From assembly GCA_963737265.1 (NCBI GenBank), contig CAVTRY010000020.1:33559-97558 (forward strand): a stretch of DNA of 64,000 bases. Reading direction: 5' to 3'. Source of the stretch: an uncultured delta proteobacterium (GTDB taxonomy: Bacteria; Myxococcota_A; Polyangia; Fen-1088). The notes under the pieces were generated by a model. That model did not search any database, was not told where the DNA came from, and saw nothing but the letters and a program-made list of their open reading frames with translations. Shown here one piece after another: positions 10,424 to 21,202 of this stretch. The position numbers were made by a program, and so were the translations under genes. Position 1 is the first letter of the stretch, and the number at the start of each line of letters is the position of its first letter.

Positions 10424-11026
10424 TCAACCAGGCAAGCTACAGGAGTATGAAATGTGCTGATTTGCCAGGCATGGCCAGCGCTGATTGGCCAGTGCATCCA
10501 GCCATGCTTGCTTCCACGTGCCGTACAGTCCCGTATTGTCGACGGCCCGGCCCTCCCCATCAAGATAGACCACGCCTAGGCTGGTGCGGCCATCCGCCGG
10601 ACTGGAGTAGCAGAAGCAAAATGGGTCACCGCTACAGCGACCTTGCCTAATTGCGTCCCAGAAATCCGCGAGTTGACACAAGGCGTCCGATGTTGCTACT
10701 GTCTCGCCATCGGTTGCTCCCCCATCTTGACCGGCACTAGTGTTGCCCCCTTGGAATGCCACGCCCCCGGTGGCGACTACTGTTTCTCCGGTGCTGCTGG
10801 CCCCGGCGCCTCCGGCCGAGGAGGCGTCCTCAACTCCCCCCGTCTCCGTACCCCCTGAACCACCTCTTCCACCACTCGGTGAAGTGCTTCCGCCTTGGGC
10901 AGCGTCGCGGCCAGTGCTCCGAAGCCCGCGTTCCCCGCAACCTGCGTAAACAAAAGCGACCGCAAACAAGAGACGCCAGATCATCGCCGGGACAGCTTGC
11001 ATCGTATTTTGTCCGATTGCCTTCAT
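10424..11026 (-). CDS. Hypothetical Gly-rich lipoprotein with Cys-rich C-terminus
   Basis: Lipobox YAGC followed by a low-complexity linker. Confidence 0.65.
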   Translation of the reverse strand: MKAIGQNTMQAVPAMIWRLLFAVAFVYAGCGERGLRSTGRDAAQGGSTSPSGGRGGSGGTETGGVEDASSAGGAGASSTGETVVATGGVAFQGGNTSAGQDGGATDGETVATSDALCQLADFWDAIRQGRCSGDPFCFCYSSPADGRTSLGVVYLDGEGRAVDNTGLYGTWKQAWLDALANQRWPCLANQHISYSCSLPG

Positions 11027-11134
11027 TCTGCGCTCTTCTTGCCCCAGAACCATTGCCGCCTAGCTACGATCAATTTTCCGTCGTTTGGATTCGTCAATGA
11101 GTCGAAGGCAGGCGAAGTTTTGCCAGTCGACGGG

Positions 11135-11392
11135 TCAGCCACCTACACTGCAGGAAAATAGAACGAGGCGATGGCCGCCGTTAGGCAGAAGCGAGCTCGA
11201 TGGCAGATCCAATTCGATCGAGACGGGCTTTCCAAGAAAGTCTGAAGGAGACAACGGCCCGTCGCCGCTGAAGAAGGTCAGGTCGTACAAGAACGGCTTG
11301 CCGATCTCTTCCGCGCCATGGGGGCGGTAGAAATGCAGGTCTTCGCGCGCGGGACTCTTGATGCGAACTTGGGTATTGGATGAAAGCGCCAT
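11135..11392 (-). pseudogene. vgrG: Type VI secretion VgrG N-terminal fragment
   Basis: GAEEIGKPFLYDLTFFS...DFLGKPVSIEL matches the VgrG N-terminus. Truncated after ~65 aa. Confidence 0.72.
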
Positions 11393-11405
11393 GATCTCTC
11401 CTAGG

Positions 11406-12608
11406 CTATTTCTGTTGCGGTGGAGGAAGCTGGTCCCGTTCATGTTCGCGCGATTCCCGCGTCGGCTGTCCATCAATTTCGATCAGCGGGGAGTCTGCGT
11501 CCCCCTTGCCACGGGGGAGGTGAATAGCTCGCTGCCTAGTTGCCCGAATCTTGCACCGATCCTTCCGGACGACCCCCACGCGCTCGGTCTCTTTGAAAGG
11601 TTGCAGGGTACGCAGGTGGATGTCTACCTCACGAACGATACAATCGTCGTCCCATTTTGATTCCGTGTATTTGAAGAGGGCATCACACCCTTCAATCAGG
11701 ATGGTCGATGTCCCAGTAGTCGCCGCTCCGGTTTGGACTTCGCAGTCCTCCGCCAAGAGAACTGGCTGGGCAGCGGCACCTCGAACGAGCCAATAGGATC
11801 GCCCCACGCACTCAGCGGCATCGTCGGGTTTGGTGGGGCCAATGGTCGATCTCGTGTCGACAGCTTTCATTCCCGGGCACTTCGGGATGTTCCAGGTGCG
11901 CGCGATGCGACAGGTCCCAGTCCCGACGCAAGGAGGATCACCGATGCTCGTTGCCACCGGAGGAACGTTCCTCGCCAACTCTGGGAGGCTTGTCTTCTTG
12001 TCCAAGGTTGCAGGTCCATCGATCACGAGGAGCGGAGAGCCATCGGCCCCTCTGCCGCGCGGAAGGTGAATCGCCCTACGGGTGGCGGGGTTGCTTGTGT
12101 ATCCTGCGTTTCGCGTCAGCACTCCGTCGCTTTCGATCTCCCGGAATAGCTGGAGCGTGTCGAGGTGAATCCCAACCTCCCGGATGCGACAGGTCAGATC
12201 CTTCCGGATCTCAAAGTACCTAAAGAGAATGTCGCACCCGACGATCTCGGTTGCGGAAGCTCCGGGCGGCTCCGTCCCGTCTTGCAGCCGACAGTCCTCC
12301 ACCAAAAGAACGGGGGGCGAGCCATCCCCACGGATCAGCCAGTGGTCCTGCCTTGCGCATTCCAGCCCGGCATCGGGGTTGGTCACATCAGTCATCTGCC
12401 CGTGAAGCCGTATCGTCTCGACGATCTTCGCTCCGGGGCACGCCGGAGCGTTCCTGATGCGCAGGACGCGACAGGTTTTGGCGCGGACGCAGGGGAGAGC
12501 ATCGACGACGGCATCCGGTGAAGGGAAATAGCCCTTCGATCTATCCGGCAGCCCTTGGACATCGCAGACCGAGGGACGCGCCCAGAAGACGACGCCTCCA
12601 AAGATCAA
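11406..12608 (-). CDS. Secreted Cys-rich protein with two tandem ~170-aa repeats (candidate immunity protein; start uncertain)
   Basis: Hydrophobic N-terminus and an internal duplication (PC...C..CPG...WL.RG....PVLL.EDC...RAIHLPRG.G...SPL..IDG twice). Confidence 0.65.
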   Translation of the reverse strand: MIFGGVVFWARPSVCDVQGLPDRSKGYFPSPDAVVDALPCVRAKTCRVLRIRNAPACPGAKIVETIRLHGQMTDVTNPDAGLECARQDHWLIRGDGSPPVLLVEDCRLQDGTEPPGASATEIVGCDILFRYFEIRKDLTCRIREVGIHLDTLQLFREIESDGVLTRNAGYTSNPATRRAIHLPRGRGADGSPLLVIDGPATLDKKTSLPELARNVPPVATSIGDPPCVGTGTCRIARTWNIPKCPGMKAVDTRSTIGPTKPDDAAECVGRSYWLVRGAAAQPVLLAEDCEVQTGAATTGTSTILIEGCDALFKYTESKWDDDCIVREVDIHLRTLQPFKETERVGVVRKDRCKIRATRQRAIHLPRGKGDADSPLIEIDGQPTRESREHERDQLPPPQQK

Positions 12609-12613
12609 CGCCG

Positions 12614-13102
12614 CTAAAGTCGGATGAAGGTGCAATTGGAAAGGAACTCCGTTTTCTTGTACACGCCTTCCTTGTGGACGGCACCTGTCCATGTGTTCCC
12701 CTCGACGGATTCAAGGATTCCCCCCGGCATAAGTGGTCCCTTCACAATTCCGACGTGGTGGTGTTCCTTGACCAGGACATCACCGCACATGGGATCCTTG
12801 ACCATTCTGTTTTCCTTCTTGCCCCATTCTTCCAACTTTGCCGCCCCAAATATTTTTGGAAAGGGGTTGTCAACTGCCAGCTTGAGTGCCGCTTGCATGA
12901 AGCACCAGTAGGCGAATTTCGCGCACCATGCTTGTCCGAGCGTCCCGCCGACCATCTGGTACTCGTCGACGCGCGGCCCGCGGTTATCGTTGTTTGTTTC
13001 AAAAACACCTTGCGCAGCCTCTGCAAGCGCGACCTTGACCGCCGCCTTCGCGACCTCGGGGTGAAATTCGGGCGGCCGGTCTTGAAGCTTCTCGTCAGCC
13101 AT
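12614..13102 (-). CDS. CHAP-domain peptidoglycan amidase
   Basis: NRGPRVDEY, AWCAKF (catalytic Cys), HVGIV (His) and VEGNT. Confidence 0.85.
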   Translation of the reverse strand: MADEKLQDRPPEFHPEVAKAAVKVALAEAAQGVFETNNDNRGPRVDEYQMVGGTLGQAWCAKFAYWCFMQAALKLAVDNPFPKIFGAAKLEEWGKKENRMVKDPMCGDVLVKEHHHVGIVKGPLMPGGILESVEGNTWTGAVHKEGVYKKTEFLSNCTFIRL

Positions 13103-13485
13103 GGCTCACTCCTTCGAGCGACGAGTCAAGAGACCATGTCGTCATGGTACCGTCCTGTTGCACTCGGCCACCGTCGCCGCATGCACGCCGCTGATTCATC
13201 CATCGATGGTGAATCCATCTTCCCTCCTGTCCTGCCGGACTCGTCCGTGTCATCGCCAGACCCCAACTCTAGAGGTGGGTTTGTCCGCGTCAAGGGGCTT
13301 GGTGCTGCCGAAGAGATATCGATGCTCTTGGAAATCGACGACAGCAACCACACCGGCTTCGCTGCGTGCGCGGAATCCCAGACAAAGAGGTCAGGTTCGA
13401 CCTGCTGTGGGGACGATCCTGGCAGTGGCAAATCGCGATACGAGAGTGACGAACAAATCTCGAACCCATCGCGTTCCAGGAAAAA

Positions 13486-14135
13486 CTAGGGCGAAAAGTA
13501 GTGGCCGATCGCTTCGCCCAGGGCCAGTCGCGTCCGGTGCAGGCGGGTCTTGACCGCAGGCAGCGACAGGCTGAACAGCTCGGCCGTCTCCCCGGTGGAC
13601 AGTCCCTCGACATCGCGCACCAGAAAAACCGTGCGCAAGCCGTCCAGCAGCGCGTCCACTGCCTTCTGGATGTGGTGCCGTAACTCCATCGACTGCAACT
13701 GCTCCTCGGGTTGCTGCGACCAGTCCGCCGCCGTACTTTGCACGGAATGTTCGGCCGCCTTGTTTAAGGCGTCAGGCTCTACGTCGTCCAGCATGACTTC
13801 GGGATGGCGGTTGCGCGAGCGCAGGAACATGAGCGATGAGTTCACCGTCACCCGATACATCCAGTCTGCTGAACTGCGCGCGCCCCTCGAAGCCGGGCAA
13901 CTTTCCGCCAGGCCAACAGGAAGGATTCCTGCAGGATTTCCTTCGCGTCGTTCTCATTGCGAACGAAGCGCATGGCGAGGCGGTAGAGCCTTTCCTCATA
14001 GCGGCCCACCAATTCCTCGAAGGCGGCGACATCCGCGGTGCGTGCGTGGCCGACCAGAGCTTCGTCGCTCAGTTCGCCCAGCGACGGGTGTGGCTTGCTG
14101 CCCGGAACAGGATGACCGTTGTGCTGGGAAATCAA
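13486..14135 (-). pseudogene. ECF sigma factor, frameshifted near 13860-13900
   Basis: N-half DEALV...AFEELVGRYEERLYRLA...ILQESFL and C-half VFLVRDVEGLSTGETAE...VKTRLHR lie in different frames. Confidence 0.85.
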
Positions 14136-14444
14136 TTCCTCCTCACGGAGCAGGAGAAGATTAGGCTAGCGTCAGTCATCAGGATAGACCTTCGATCGCG
14201 TATTCGACCCCCGACTATCGAATTGATGCGTCCTGTTGCCTTGACTGGGGAAAAGGTATTTTCGACGGAGAATGGTTGTTTTTCGATTCCTCTTTGGTGG
14301 CGCGCTCAAGTTCTTGATCCTGCAGCCCCGCCTCCGCCGCCGAAAACGGCGCCAGCGGCGTGCCGCACTCGATGCTGCTTAGCCGACCGCCAGGGGATCA
14401 ACTTCAAGCGGTGGCCGCGAATGTTTTCATTTTGTAACCGACGT

Positions 14445-14766
14445 GGCGGCTGTCTTGGAGCGAGGTCGCCGCCATTTTCGGCACCAACTGGGGCGTCGTC
14501 TATCGCGCCATCCGCTGGGTAGTCGACTACGGCCTTGCCCATCGCAGCCTTGACGGCGTCCAGGCCATCGGCGTCGATGAGATCGCGGTCTGGGCGGGAC
14601 ACAAGTACCTCACCGTCGTCTACCAGATCGACGAGGGTGCACGCCGGCTGCTCTGGGTTGGCAAAGAACGCACCGAACAGAGCTTTCGCGGCTTCTTCGC
14701 CATGTTCGGCGAGGCCCGCGCGAAGGCTCTGCGTTTCGTGGCCAGCGACATGTGGAAGCCATACCT
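14445..14766 (+). mobile_element. ISL3-family transposase fragment
   Basis: My translation: LSWSEVAAIFGTNWGVVYRAI...IGVDEIAVWAGHKYLTVVYQID...FVASDMWKPYL. Confidence 0.8.
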
Positions 14767-14885
14767 TCCTGAAGAACCACCAGCGCTCCACGACAATGCC
14801 AACTGAGAACACCGACAGGGCCAAGAGCAGATAAAGAACCGCCGTGGCGCCTGTCGAAGCCAGCGCGAGAACCTGCGAACCCTCT
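14767..14885 (-). pseudogene. MotA/TolQ/ExbB N-terminal fragment
   Basis: GATAVLYLLLALSVFSVGIVVERWWFF. Confidence 0.6.
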
Positions 14886-14920
14886 ACGCTGCCGCCCAGG
14901 ACGGTTTCGCAGGGGCTGCA

Positions 14921-15620
14921 TTGCCGCCATTTGTGCGCCAAGAATTCGAGGGCTATCTTGACTGCGGCCTGCTTTCACGAGGCTTCGCAAACTTGGAATG
15001 CGAAGACTGCCACTCGCATCTTCTGGTGGCCCGGCGCGGGATCATCGAGGCCGGCGATGACCTGACCGTCCTCGATGACGGCTTTGCAGAGCGAGAGCCG
15101 GCGCTCGCGCAACTGGCCGCCGCCTCCGTCGCCGGGTGGCCCCCGCCGGACCCGAGTTGCGCCGCCCCCGTGGCTCTGCGCGGACATCCCGGCGTCGAGA
15201 TCACCGCGCCCCTATCGGTCACCGAGATGGGCTTCTCCCTGCACGCTGCCACTCGTGCCGGCGCCGACGATGCCCGTGCTCGTGAGGCTTTGTGCAAGTA
15301 CATTCTTCGCCCGCCGTTAAGCCAGGAGCGCCTGCACCTCTTGCCCGATGGCCTCGTCCGCATCGAGTTGCGCAAGCCCTACCGTGACGGCACCTACGCC
15401 GTCGACATGGACCCACTCTCGCTGCTCTGTCGTCTTGCGACAAGCATTCCTCCCCCACGTCGGCATACGGTCCATTACGGTGGCGTGCTCGCCCCAGCAT
15501 CCAAGCTCCGACCCACGGTCGTGCCACCGCCAGCCCCGATGCCCGCAGGGCAGGAAGTCCCAGCAACGTCCAGGCCCCCCACGCACAGGTCAATCTATCG
15601 CCCGTGGTGTGAGCTACATG
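14921..15620 (+). mobile_element. IS91-family transposase, internally deleted fragment
   Basis: FEGYLDCGLLSRGF..C..C zinc-binding start joined directly to GFSLHAA...LCKYILRPP...HYGGVLAP. Confidence 0.82.
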
Positions 15621-15676
15621 GGCGGGAGAGTCCAAACGCCTTTCGGATGATCTGTCGTGTCCCTCGCCGCGTGGAC

Positions 15677-16423
15677 TCAGAGCTGAGTCATGCCGCCGTC
15701 CACGGGGAGTTCGTGTCCGTTCGTGAACGTCGCGTCGAAGGCCAGGAAAACGGCTGCCTTCGCGATCTCTTCGGGACGACCATGGCGCTTCATCGGAATG
15801 GCCTCCTCCATCTTCTCGTACATCTGGTCCATCTGCTCCTTGGACAGCCCCGTCTTGAGGATGACCGGCGTGTCGATGGGACCGGGGCTGATGGCGTTGA
15901 CGCGGATACCCTGCGGCATAAGCTCGGCTGCGAGCGATCGCGCGAGGGAGCGGAGCCCGGCTTTGGCGGCCGCGTACGCGCTGACCCCTGGCATCCCCTT
16001 CTCGTTCGCGATGGATGTCGTGAGTACGATCGCGCTCCCGGAAGGCATCAGCGGAGCAAACTTCTGCGCCGCGAAGTACGGCCCTTTCATGTTCAGATTG
16101 AACATCTCGTCGTACGCCGCCTCGGACGTGCCCTCGAACGGCGCGAACGATCCGTACCCGGCGTTGAGGAACAGAAAGTCCACCGCTCCGAACTCCGACT
16201 TCGCGCGAGCGGCGAGAGCGTCGATGTCCGTCAGGACCCTCGCGTCACTCGACATCACGATGGCGTTCTTCCCAAGCACCACGCGAGCTGAGTCGAGCGT
16301 CTTTTTCGTTCTTCCCGTCACCAGCACGCGTGCTCCCTGATCAAGCAGCAGCTTCGCCGTGGCGAGACCTATGCCGCTCGTGCCGCCGGTGATCACTACT
16401 CGTTTTCCGTCGTATTGCCCCAT
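15677..16423 (-). CDS. Short-chain dehydrogenase/reductase
   Basis: TGGTSGIG, NAG, YAAAK and RVNAISPGPIDTP. Confidence 0.93.
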   Translation of the reverse strand: MGQYDGKRVVITGGTSGIGLATAKLLLDQGARVLVTGRTKKTLDSARVVLGKNAIVMSSDARVLTDIDALAARAKSEFGAVDFLFLNAGYGSFAPFEGTSEAAYDEMFNLNMKGPYFAAQKFAPLMPSGSAIVLTTSIANEKGMPGVSAYAAAKAGLRSLARSLAAELMPQGIRVNAISPGPIDTPVILKTGLSKEQMDQMYEKMEEAIPMKRHGRPEEIAKAAVFLAFDATFTNGHELPVDGGMTQL

Positions 16424-16508
16424 GGTTGCGTTCTCCTTTTGCGACCTAAGTCGCGTTGCTTTTGATTCACGGCGTCGTGCGGGAATCGCGCGCTCCGTCC
16501 TGTTTATT

Positions 16509-16526
16509 TAGAACTGCTAAGTTCTA
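16509..16526. promoter_or_regulatory. Putative TetR operator TAGAAC-N6-GTTCTA overlapping a TATAAT box
   Basis: Palindrome upstream of the SDR gene. A related site lies at 17739-17756. Confidence 0.55.
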
Positions 16527-16557
16527 TAATGGAGTGCAGGCTTTCGCGCAACACTTT

Positions 16558-16620
16558 TTGAACTAAATGATTCGAAATACATTTAGGTCGCGCGGATCCC
16601 CGCGCAGCTTCGGCGAGATC
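16558..16620 (+). pseudogene. Remnant of a duplicated TetR 5' end
   Basis: MIRNTFRSRGSPRSFGE versus MIQNTPRLRGRPRSFDE at 17798. Confidence 0.65.
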
Positions 16621-16692
16621 GAAGCGCGGGAACAGAGACCCAGGAGCCAGCATTTGGGTCGCCACGTTCAACCAGCGCGATCGGGTGCTCGC

Positions 16693-17673
16693 TCAGGACA
16701 CCGCGCTCAAGGGTGCTGCGGAGGAGAAATCGACGCCAGAGACCTTGACGACGGCCTGCCACGCGGCTTCCTGGCTGGCGCGATCGTAGAGGTGTGGCTG
16801 GCGCTGCACCTCAATTGGGCCTGAGAACTTCCCTTTAGCCGAGGCGAAGAATTGCCCTGAGACGTCGGGTCCGAACTCCGACGCCCGGAGGTACCGACGG
16901 GCCGCGGTCTCCGGCGTCTGATTCATGCCGGGAATGAGGTTCACGATTGGGATAAACAGATACTTCAACGCCGGGCCAGCGTTTCGCACCACCTTGGTGG
17001 CGGTCGCCCCACCGGGCGAGACAGCGTACACGGCCATGCCGGAGGGTAGCCGGGGCGCCAGCGCCGCGACCCACCAAGCGATAATGAGCTTCGCGTCGGC
17101 ATACGTATTGTTGGGCACGTACTTCACGTTTGGCCCATTGCGAATCAGGGCTTCGATAGCGGCGGTCCGGTCTCCCTGGAAGTATTTGGCCGCGAAGGCT
17201 GGTACATCGGTGTAGCTGAACATCGGCACGCCCCCACGGGCAGGTTCCGCGCCGGCGATGACAATCCGCGCGTTGGGGCTCAGCAGGTTGGCGCGGAGCA
17301 ACCCGATAGTCAGTTGATGATGGCCGATGAGCGGGGCCTGAGAAGCCTCGACGCCCGCCGCAGTGAGCACGCGCTTCTTACCTGGGACCATCCCTGCATT
17401 GAGCAGTAGGAAATCGACCGGCCGACCTCGCTTGACCAGCTCGGCGAGCGCGGACTGAACGCTGGACGGCGTGTCCAGATCCAGCTCCAGCGGCGTGAAA
17501 ACCTGTGTCTTGGTCTCAGCCGCGAGTTGAGCGGCCGTTTCCTTGACCCGGGCCAGGCTGCGCCCGGTGACGATGATCTCGCGCCAGCCCTCTCCGGCAA
17601 GAGTGCGGGCTGCCGCATAACCGAGCCCGGAGGTGGTGCCGGTGACGAGCGCAATCGAATGTGCCATGAGCAT
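16693..17673 (-). CDS. SDR-family NAD(P)-dependent oxidoreductase
   Basis: TGTTSGLG, LNAG and YADAK. Confidence 0.88.
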   Translation of the reverse strand: MLMAHSIALVTGTTSGLGYAAARTLAGEGWREIIVTGRSLARVKETAAQLAAETKTQVFTPLELDLDTPSSVQSALAELVKRGRPVDFLLLNAGMVPGKKRVLTAAGVEASQAPLIGHHQLTIGLLRANLLSPNARIVIAGAEPARGGVPMFSYTDVPAFAAKYFQGDRTAAIEALIRNGPNVKYVPNNTYADAKLIIAWWVAALAPRLPSGMAVYAVSPGGATATKVVRNAGPALKYLFIPIVNLIPGMNQTPETAARRYLRASEFGPDVSGQFFASAKGKFSGPIEVQRQPHLYDRASQEAAWQAVVKVSGVDFSSAAPLSAVS

Positions 17674-17788
17674 CTCCGTGGTGAAGGGTGAAGGTAGAGT
17701 CGTGAGGCCCCTCGAGGACAGGACCGGCTTGCTAATTTCTAACTGTCTGGTTATATATGTTTGGTGCGATGGCCATTGTCAATGAGTT

Positions 17789-18415
17789 TTGAACCAAATG
17801 ATTCAAAATACACCTAGGCTGCGGGGTCGACCGCGCAGCTTCGACGAGACAGGGGCTCTGGAAAAGGCGACTCAGGTGTTCTGGTCGAAAGGCTACGACG
17901 GAGTGACGATAGACGATCTCGTCGCCGGGATGGGTGTGGGACGGCCGAGCCTGTATGCCGTCTTTGGGGACAAGCGGGCGATATTCATGCGCGCCCTCAA
18001 GGCGTACGCAGAACGGAAGGGCGCATCAGCCGCGAAGGCACTCCTCTCGCCACAGAGTCTTCGCGACTCGATCGCGGGCTTTCTGAGGTACTCCGTCGAA
18101 AGTGCGACCGAGAAAGGGTCCGCCCGGGGCTGCCTTGTGGTGTGCGTCGCGCCGCTAGTGAACGACGCTGAGGTTCAGCGGTTCCTGCAGAGCACGGTCG
18201 CGGGCGGCGCGGCGCTGCTGGAGCGCCGTTTCCGGGACGGGATCAGCGCGGGAGAAATCCCATCTGACTTTCCGGTAGCCGTGCGCGCGATCCAAGTCAC
18301 GGATTTTGCTCGTGGCCTGACCATGCGTGCGCGGATAGGCACGCCGCGCAAGAAGCTCCTCAAAGATGCTGAGGAAGCCGCCGAATTGGTTCTCCTACCG
18401 CGGGGCGATCCATGA
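17789..18415 (+). CDS. TetR/AcrR-family regulator
   Basis: RGRPRSFD...FWSKGYDGVTIDDL...SLYAVFGDK HTH and GCLVV. Confidence 0.93.
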   Translation: MNQMIQNTPRLRGRPRSFDETGALEKATQVFWSKGYDGVTIDDLVAGMGVGRPSLYAVFGDKRAIFMRALKAYAERKGASAAKALLSPQSLRDSIAGFLRYSVESATEKGSARGCLVVCVAPLVNDAEVQRFLQSTVAGGAALLERRFRDGISAGEIPSDFPVAVRAIQVTDFARGLTMRARIGTPRKKLLKDAEEAAELVLLPRGDP

Positions 18416-18889
18416 CCCTGGCAATAGCGATAGCTCAGGGCGGGGCAGGGCGCGCCAGACACCTCATTCTGGTGAAGGCCGCGGTCTTCTGATGCCCAGA
18501 TCGTGACAAACAGCGGCCACGACCTTGCCCCGACGCCGAAATGACCGACTAGCGCGACCTTGCGTCCAGCATCCTGATGTGCGTAATCGTCGAATCGTCA
18601 ACGCCTAACACCTGGGCGGTACGCGTGTCCTCAAAGTACATGGGTGGAGTCTCGACAGGAAAACCACGAGACACCTAATCGCAGGCAATGGCTGCGGCGG
18701 TAATGAGATAGGGTAGCGGCACCGTCGCACGCCCCGACACCAAGACACCTGCCAGCGTGTCCCACAGTGGCGACCAACTTGTGGGCTAATAGGACGAATC
18801 CGGTTTGATCCATAGGAGCGAAACGACGCCTTCCAAGCTTGGCAGCACTTTGCGATGCTCGATCAGATCGTCGGATATTTGCTCCATGC

Positions 18890-19215
18890 TGATCCTGACT
18901 GCGGGGCCAATGGGCGATCGCCCCGCGGATCTCCTCGCGTCGCAAAAGGAGCACGAAGTGCCCGCCCTCGAAACCGGCGTAGGTCGCGCCCGTGCGTGCC
19001 GCGAAAGCACGCGCCGATGTCGCTGGCATCATTGTGTCTTGGGGTCCCTGGACGACCAGCGCCGGTAGCCCCGCGCTACTGCCTGCTGCGGGCGCCCCGG
19101 AAATCAAGATCAGCCCGGATAGCGACGAAGCAAAGCGCGAAGCCAGCGTGCTCGCGCCTGCGGCGCCATTGGAAAGGCAGGCCAGGAATACGCGCCGGAC
19201 GCCACGTGCGTGCAA
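18890..19215 (-). pseudogene. Alpha/beta-hydrolase C-terminal fragment
   Basis: LSNGA nucleophile-like motif, VQGPQD and GGHF. Confidence 0.55.
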
Positions 19216-19625
19216 GTAGTCGAGGGGCGACGGTGCGCGGCGAACAACACAAAGCAGGATCGGACGTCTGCGGTATCGTTCGTCGTCTCTTGAATCTGAA
19301 AATGAGGAGAATCTTCTTCCATGCGTACCATCAAACCATTCGTTGGTTTCGTGTTCGTTCTGATCATTTCGTGCCTACAACCAAGCCCCGAGAAGGCGCG
19401 CGACCCGCTCCTCGACAAGGCCAGCGACATCTTGAAAGCACCGGCGTACCCACGCCCGAGGAAAACGACAAGCCTTCACTGCCCCTTTCACACTACATTC
19501 CGTAAGCCACCGAGTGTCGCGAGCGTGTGAGCTTGGCGTGCAAGCCGTCGCGGAAGCGGCCATCCCACCGCCAGCGACCTCTTCGACTGGCATTCTCTCT
19601 CGCCAAGTTGTGCTAGGAACCAACC

Positions 19626-21176
19626 GTGGTCCAGCAGCAGCCAAGCAGCACGCCCTTGGTTTCGTTCCGCGATGCAGCCGTTCGCTCCGGCGAGCGGCTG
19701 CTGTTTGCGGGGGCGACTTGGGACATCTATCCCGGCGAGAACTGGGCCATCGTTGGACCCAACGGTTCTGGGAAATCGTTGCTTGCCGCCGCGTTGGCGG
19801 GAAAAGTTCCTGTGGCACAAGGGTCGCTGACTCACCGTTTGGCGGAGGGCGTGGTCGATGCGCATGATCTCGGCGTGCGCCACTCCAGACGCAGCCACGT
19901 GGTTTTGGTTTCGCATGCGGAGGAGCGTGCTCTGGCCGCGCGCTACGCGGGATTCCATCAGGCGCGCTGGAATGCCAGCGAAGCCGAGGGCGGTCCCAGC
20001 CTTGACGATCTACTCACCCGCCACAGCGTCGAGGCCATCAATCTGTTCGAGGTTCTGCCCGAGTCCGAGCACGCCGGCGCCTTCGAGATACGACGGACAA
20101 AAGTCATCGCGCTGTTCGGGTTCTCCTCGCTTCTGCAACGTCGGGTAAAGCAGCTCTCCCATGGGGAGACGCGCAAACTGCTGCTTGCTCGCGCCATGCT
20201 GCGCGGCCCTCGGTTGCTCGTGCTCGACGATCCATTTGGTGGTCTCGACGTGAACTTTCGCCGCGAATTGCGCGGGATTCTCGATCTTCTGGCGCGCGAC
20301 GGGACCGCGCTGGTAATGACCGCCGCACGTGACGAGGAGATTCCGCCCTGTATGACCCACGTTCTTCGCGTTGACGATTGTAGGATTGTGGCCAAGGAGC
20401 GGATTCCCGGAGGTGGGGAGGTGGGCGTCCAGAATCAGGCGAATGCCAGCCCGCCTTCTCTCTTGCCTGTGGCATCGCCCGGTACGGGCGAGGTCATCGT
20501 CGAGATGTTGGCGGTGACGGTACGCTATGGCGAGACCACCATCCTCGACCGCGTGAACCTAACAGTGCGAAAGGGCCAGCATTGGGCTCTGCTGGGTCCC
20601 AATGGCGCCGGCAAATCGACCTTGCTCAGTTTGCTACTGGCGGACAATCCGCAGGGCTACGCCAACCACGTGCGCCTGTTCGGCCAGCAGCGCGGCAGCG
20701 GCGAGAGCATCTGGGACATCAAAGCGCGCATCGGCTGGGTCGCGCCCGAATTGCTCGCGCACTACCCACCCATCTGGCGATGCGTGGATGTGGTTCTTTC
20801 CGGATTCCACTCGTCCTTGGGGCGCTACCGCGAATCGACTGCGCAAGAGACCCGACGCAGTCATCAGGTGCTTTCTGCTCTGGAACTCGGCGACCTGGCC
20901 GACCGGCATCTGCTCGATCTATCCCAAGGACAGCAGCGACTGGTGCTACTGGCGCGCGCCTTGGTCGCCGATCCGGAGCTTCTGGTTCTCGACGAACCCT
21001 GCCAGGGACTCGACGCGATCCATGCCCAGCGTGTAATTTCAGCCGTCGATGGCGTCGCAAGTGCCGGTCGGGCCAGCGTCATCTACGTCACCCACCACGA
21101 GGAAGAGATCCCGTCTTGCGTAACGCACGTTCTTCGCCTTGACGCCGGGCGCGCTGTTGCACATCTGCGCTCTTGA
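19626..21176 (+). CDS. modF: ModF-like ABC ATPase with two nucleotide-binding domains
   Basis: Two Walker A motifs (GPNGSGKS, GPNGAGKS), LSHGE/LSQGQ signatures and GSGESIWDIK. Confidence 0.85.
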   Translation: MVQQQPSSTPLVSFRDAAVRSGERLLFAGATWDIYPGENWAIVGPNGSGKSLLAAALAGKVPVAQGSLTHRLAEGVVDAHDLGVRHSRRSHVVLVSHAEERALAARYAGFHQARWNASEAEGGPSLDDLLTRHSVEAINLFEVLPESEHAGAFEIRRTKVIALFGFSSLLQRRVKQLSHGETRKLLLARAMLRGPRLLVLDDPFGGLDVNFRRELRGILDLLARDGTALVMTAARDEEIPPCMTHVLRVDDCRIVAKERIPGGGEVGVQNQANASPPSLLPVASPGTGEVIVEMLAVTVRYGETTILDRVNLTVRKGQHWALLGPNGAGKSTLLSLLLADNPQGYANHVRLFGQQRGSGESIWDIKARIGWVAPELLAHYPPIWRCVDVVLSGFHSSLGRYRESTAQETRRSHQVLSALELGDLADRHLLDLSQGQQRLVLLARALVADPELLVLDEPCQGLDAIHAQRVISAVDGVASAGRASVIYVTHHEEEIPSCVTHVLRLDAGRAVAHLRS

Positions 21177-21202
21177 GGGCAACTACGGCTTGGTCGGACC
21201 AT

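Noticed and set aside
14921-16291. 456-aa ORF as a full transposase
   Set aside because: After ~15620 it is antisense read-through of the SDR gene, and the HUH-containing middle part is missing.
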